From Myxococcota bacterium (lineage in GTDB: Bacteria; Myxococcota_A; Polyangia; HGW-17; JAJRWW01), in contig JAJRWW010000627.1 of the NCBI GenBank assembly GCA_024276595.1, positions 1 to 13,932 on the forward strand: a DNA stretch of 13,932 nt, in the 5' to 3' direction. Of this stretch, positions 13,779-13,932 are shown in pieces (the first letter of the stretch is position 1; each line of letters begins with the position of its first letter). The notes beneath the pieces are model-generated. The model had not been told where the DNA came from. It did not search any database and saw only the letters and a list, made by a program, of their open reading frames with translations. The position numbers were made by a program, and so were the translations under genes.

Positions 13779-13932
13779 TCAGCCATCGCTCTTCGAGGGC
13801 GCAATGTCCAGGAGGCGAAGCTGGATGGATGTCTTGCCTCGATAGGTGTTGTGCTCTGGCACGAAGACCAGCCTGAGCGGTGAGTGAAGCGCCGGGGCCC
13901 GGCTGCCCATCCCAAAGCCGATGGCCTCGTGA
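13779..13932 (-). CDS. recJ: 3' end of recJ-like single-stranded-DNA exonuclease (partial; stop codon at 13779-13781)
   Basis: The minus-strand frame gives ...HEAIGFGMGSRAPALHSPLRLVFVPEHNTYRGKTSIQLRLLDIAPSKSDG*. The EHNTYRGKTSIQLRLLDI segment resembles the E. coli RecJ C-terminus (...DINEFRGNRSLQIIIDNI...), which I recall from memory. Confidence 0.5.
   Translation of the reverse strand, partial: HEAIGFGMGSRAPALHSPLRLVFVPEHNTYRGKTSIQLRLLDIAPSKSDG

Noticed and set aside
1-13932. Search for CRISPR arrays, IS elements/transposases, integrases and rRNA/tRNA genes
   Set aside because: I found no spaced direct repeats, no terminal inverted repeats flanking a transposase-like ORF, and no rRNA- or tRNA-like structures. 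The only DNA repeats are the short tandem duplications reported above.

Overview
The window is about 68% GC. Every convincing start codon is preceded by a GGAGG-type ribosome-binding site. One lipoprotein carries Myxococcus-type cysteine-rich repeats (CGDGxxxEGxExCD...LAxxTC), so the source is most likely a myxobacterium (Myxococcota). I read three blocks:

(a) 1-2147, plus strand: the 3' end of a serpin gene, a 200-aa coiled-coil protein, a 440-bp non-coding gap of lower GC that carries a perfect 2 x 15 bp tandem repeat, and a Cys-containing lipoprotein.

(b) 2426-5366, an exported cluster split by charge. On the minus strand sit a highly basic secreted protein whose mature N-terminus is RRRRRRR, and a MepK/YcbK-like (DUF882, peptidase M15A) peptidoglycan endopeptidase. 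The endopeptidase carries a ~55-aa stretch that is about half arginine between its signal peptide and catalytic domain. Transcribed divergently from these is a very acidic lipoprotein with tandem Myxococcus Cys-rich repeats.

(c) 5437-13932, minus strand: the 3' end of recJ, a possible 72-aa single-pass membrane ORF, a 724-aa flotillin (SPFH/Band 7) protein, and 128 bp downstream a 1,867-aa protein. This giant protein has a ~430-aa N-terminal domain I cannot assign, roughly 800 aa predicted to be coiled coil, one AAA+ module with a P-loop SPPGYGKTT and Walker B LLYIDD (MoxR/dynein-like flavour), a Pro/Ala-rich linker and a conserved C-terminal helix.

The flotillin plus giant coiled-coil AAA+ ATPase pair is the candidate undescribed system. 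The poly-Arg hydrolase locus with its acidic partner is a second candidate. I found no tRNA, rRNA, CRISPR array, transposase or integrase. The long antisense ORFs in the six-frame track are artefacts of high GC.
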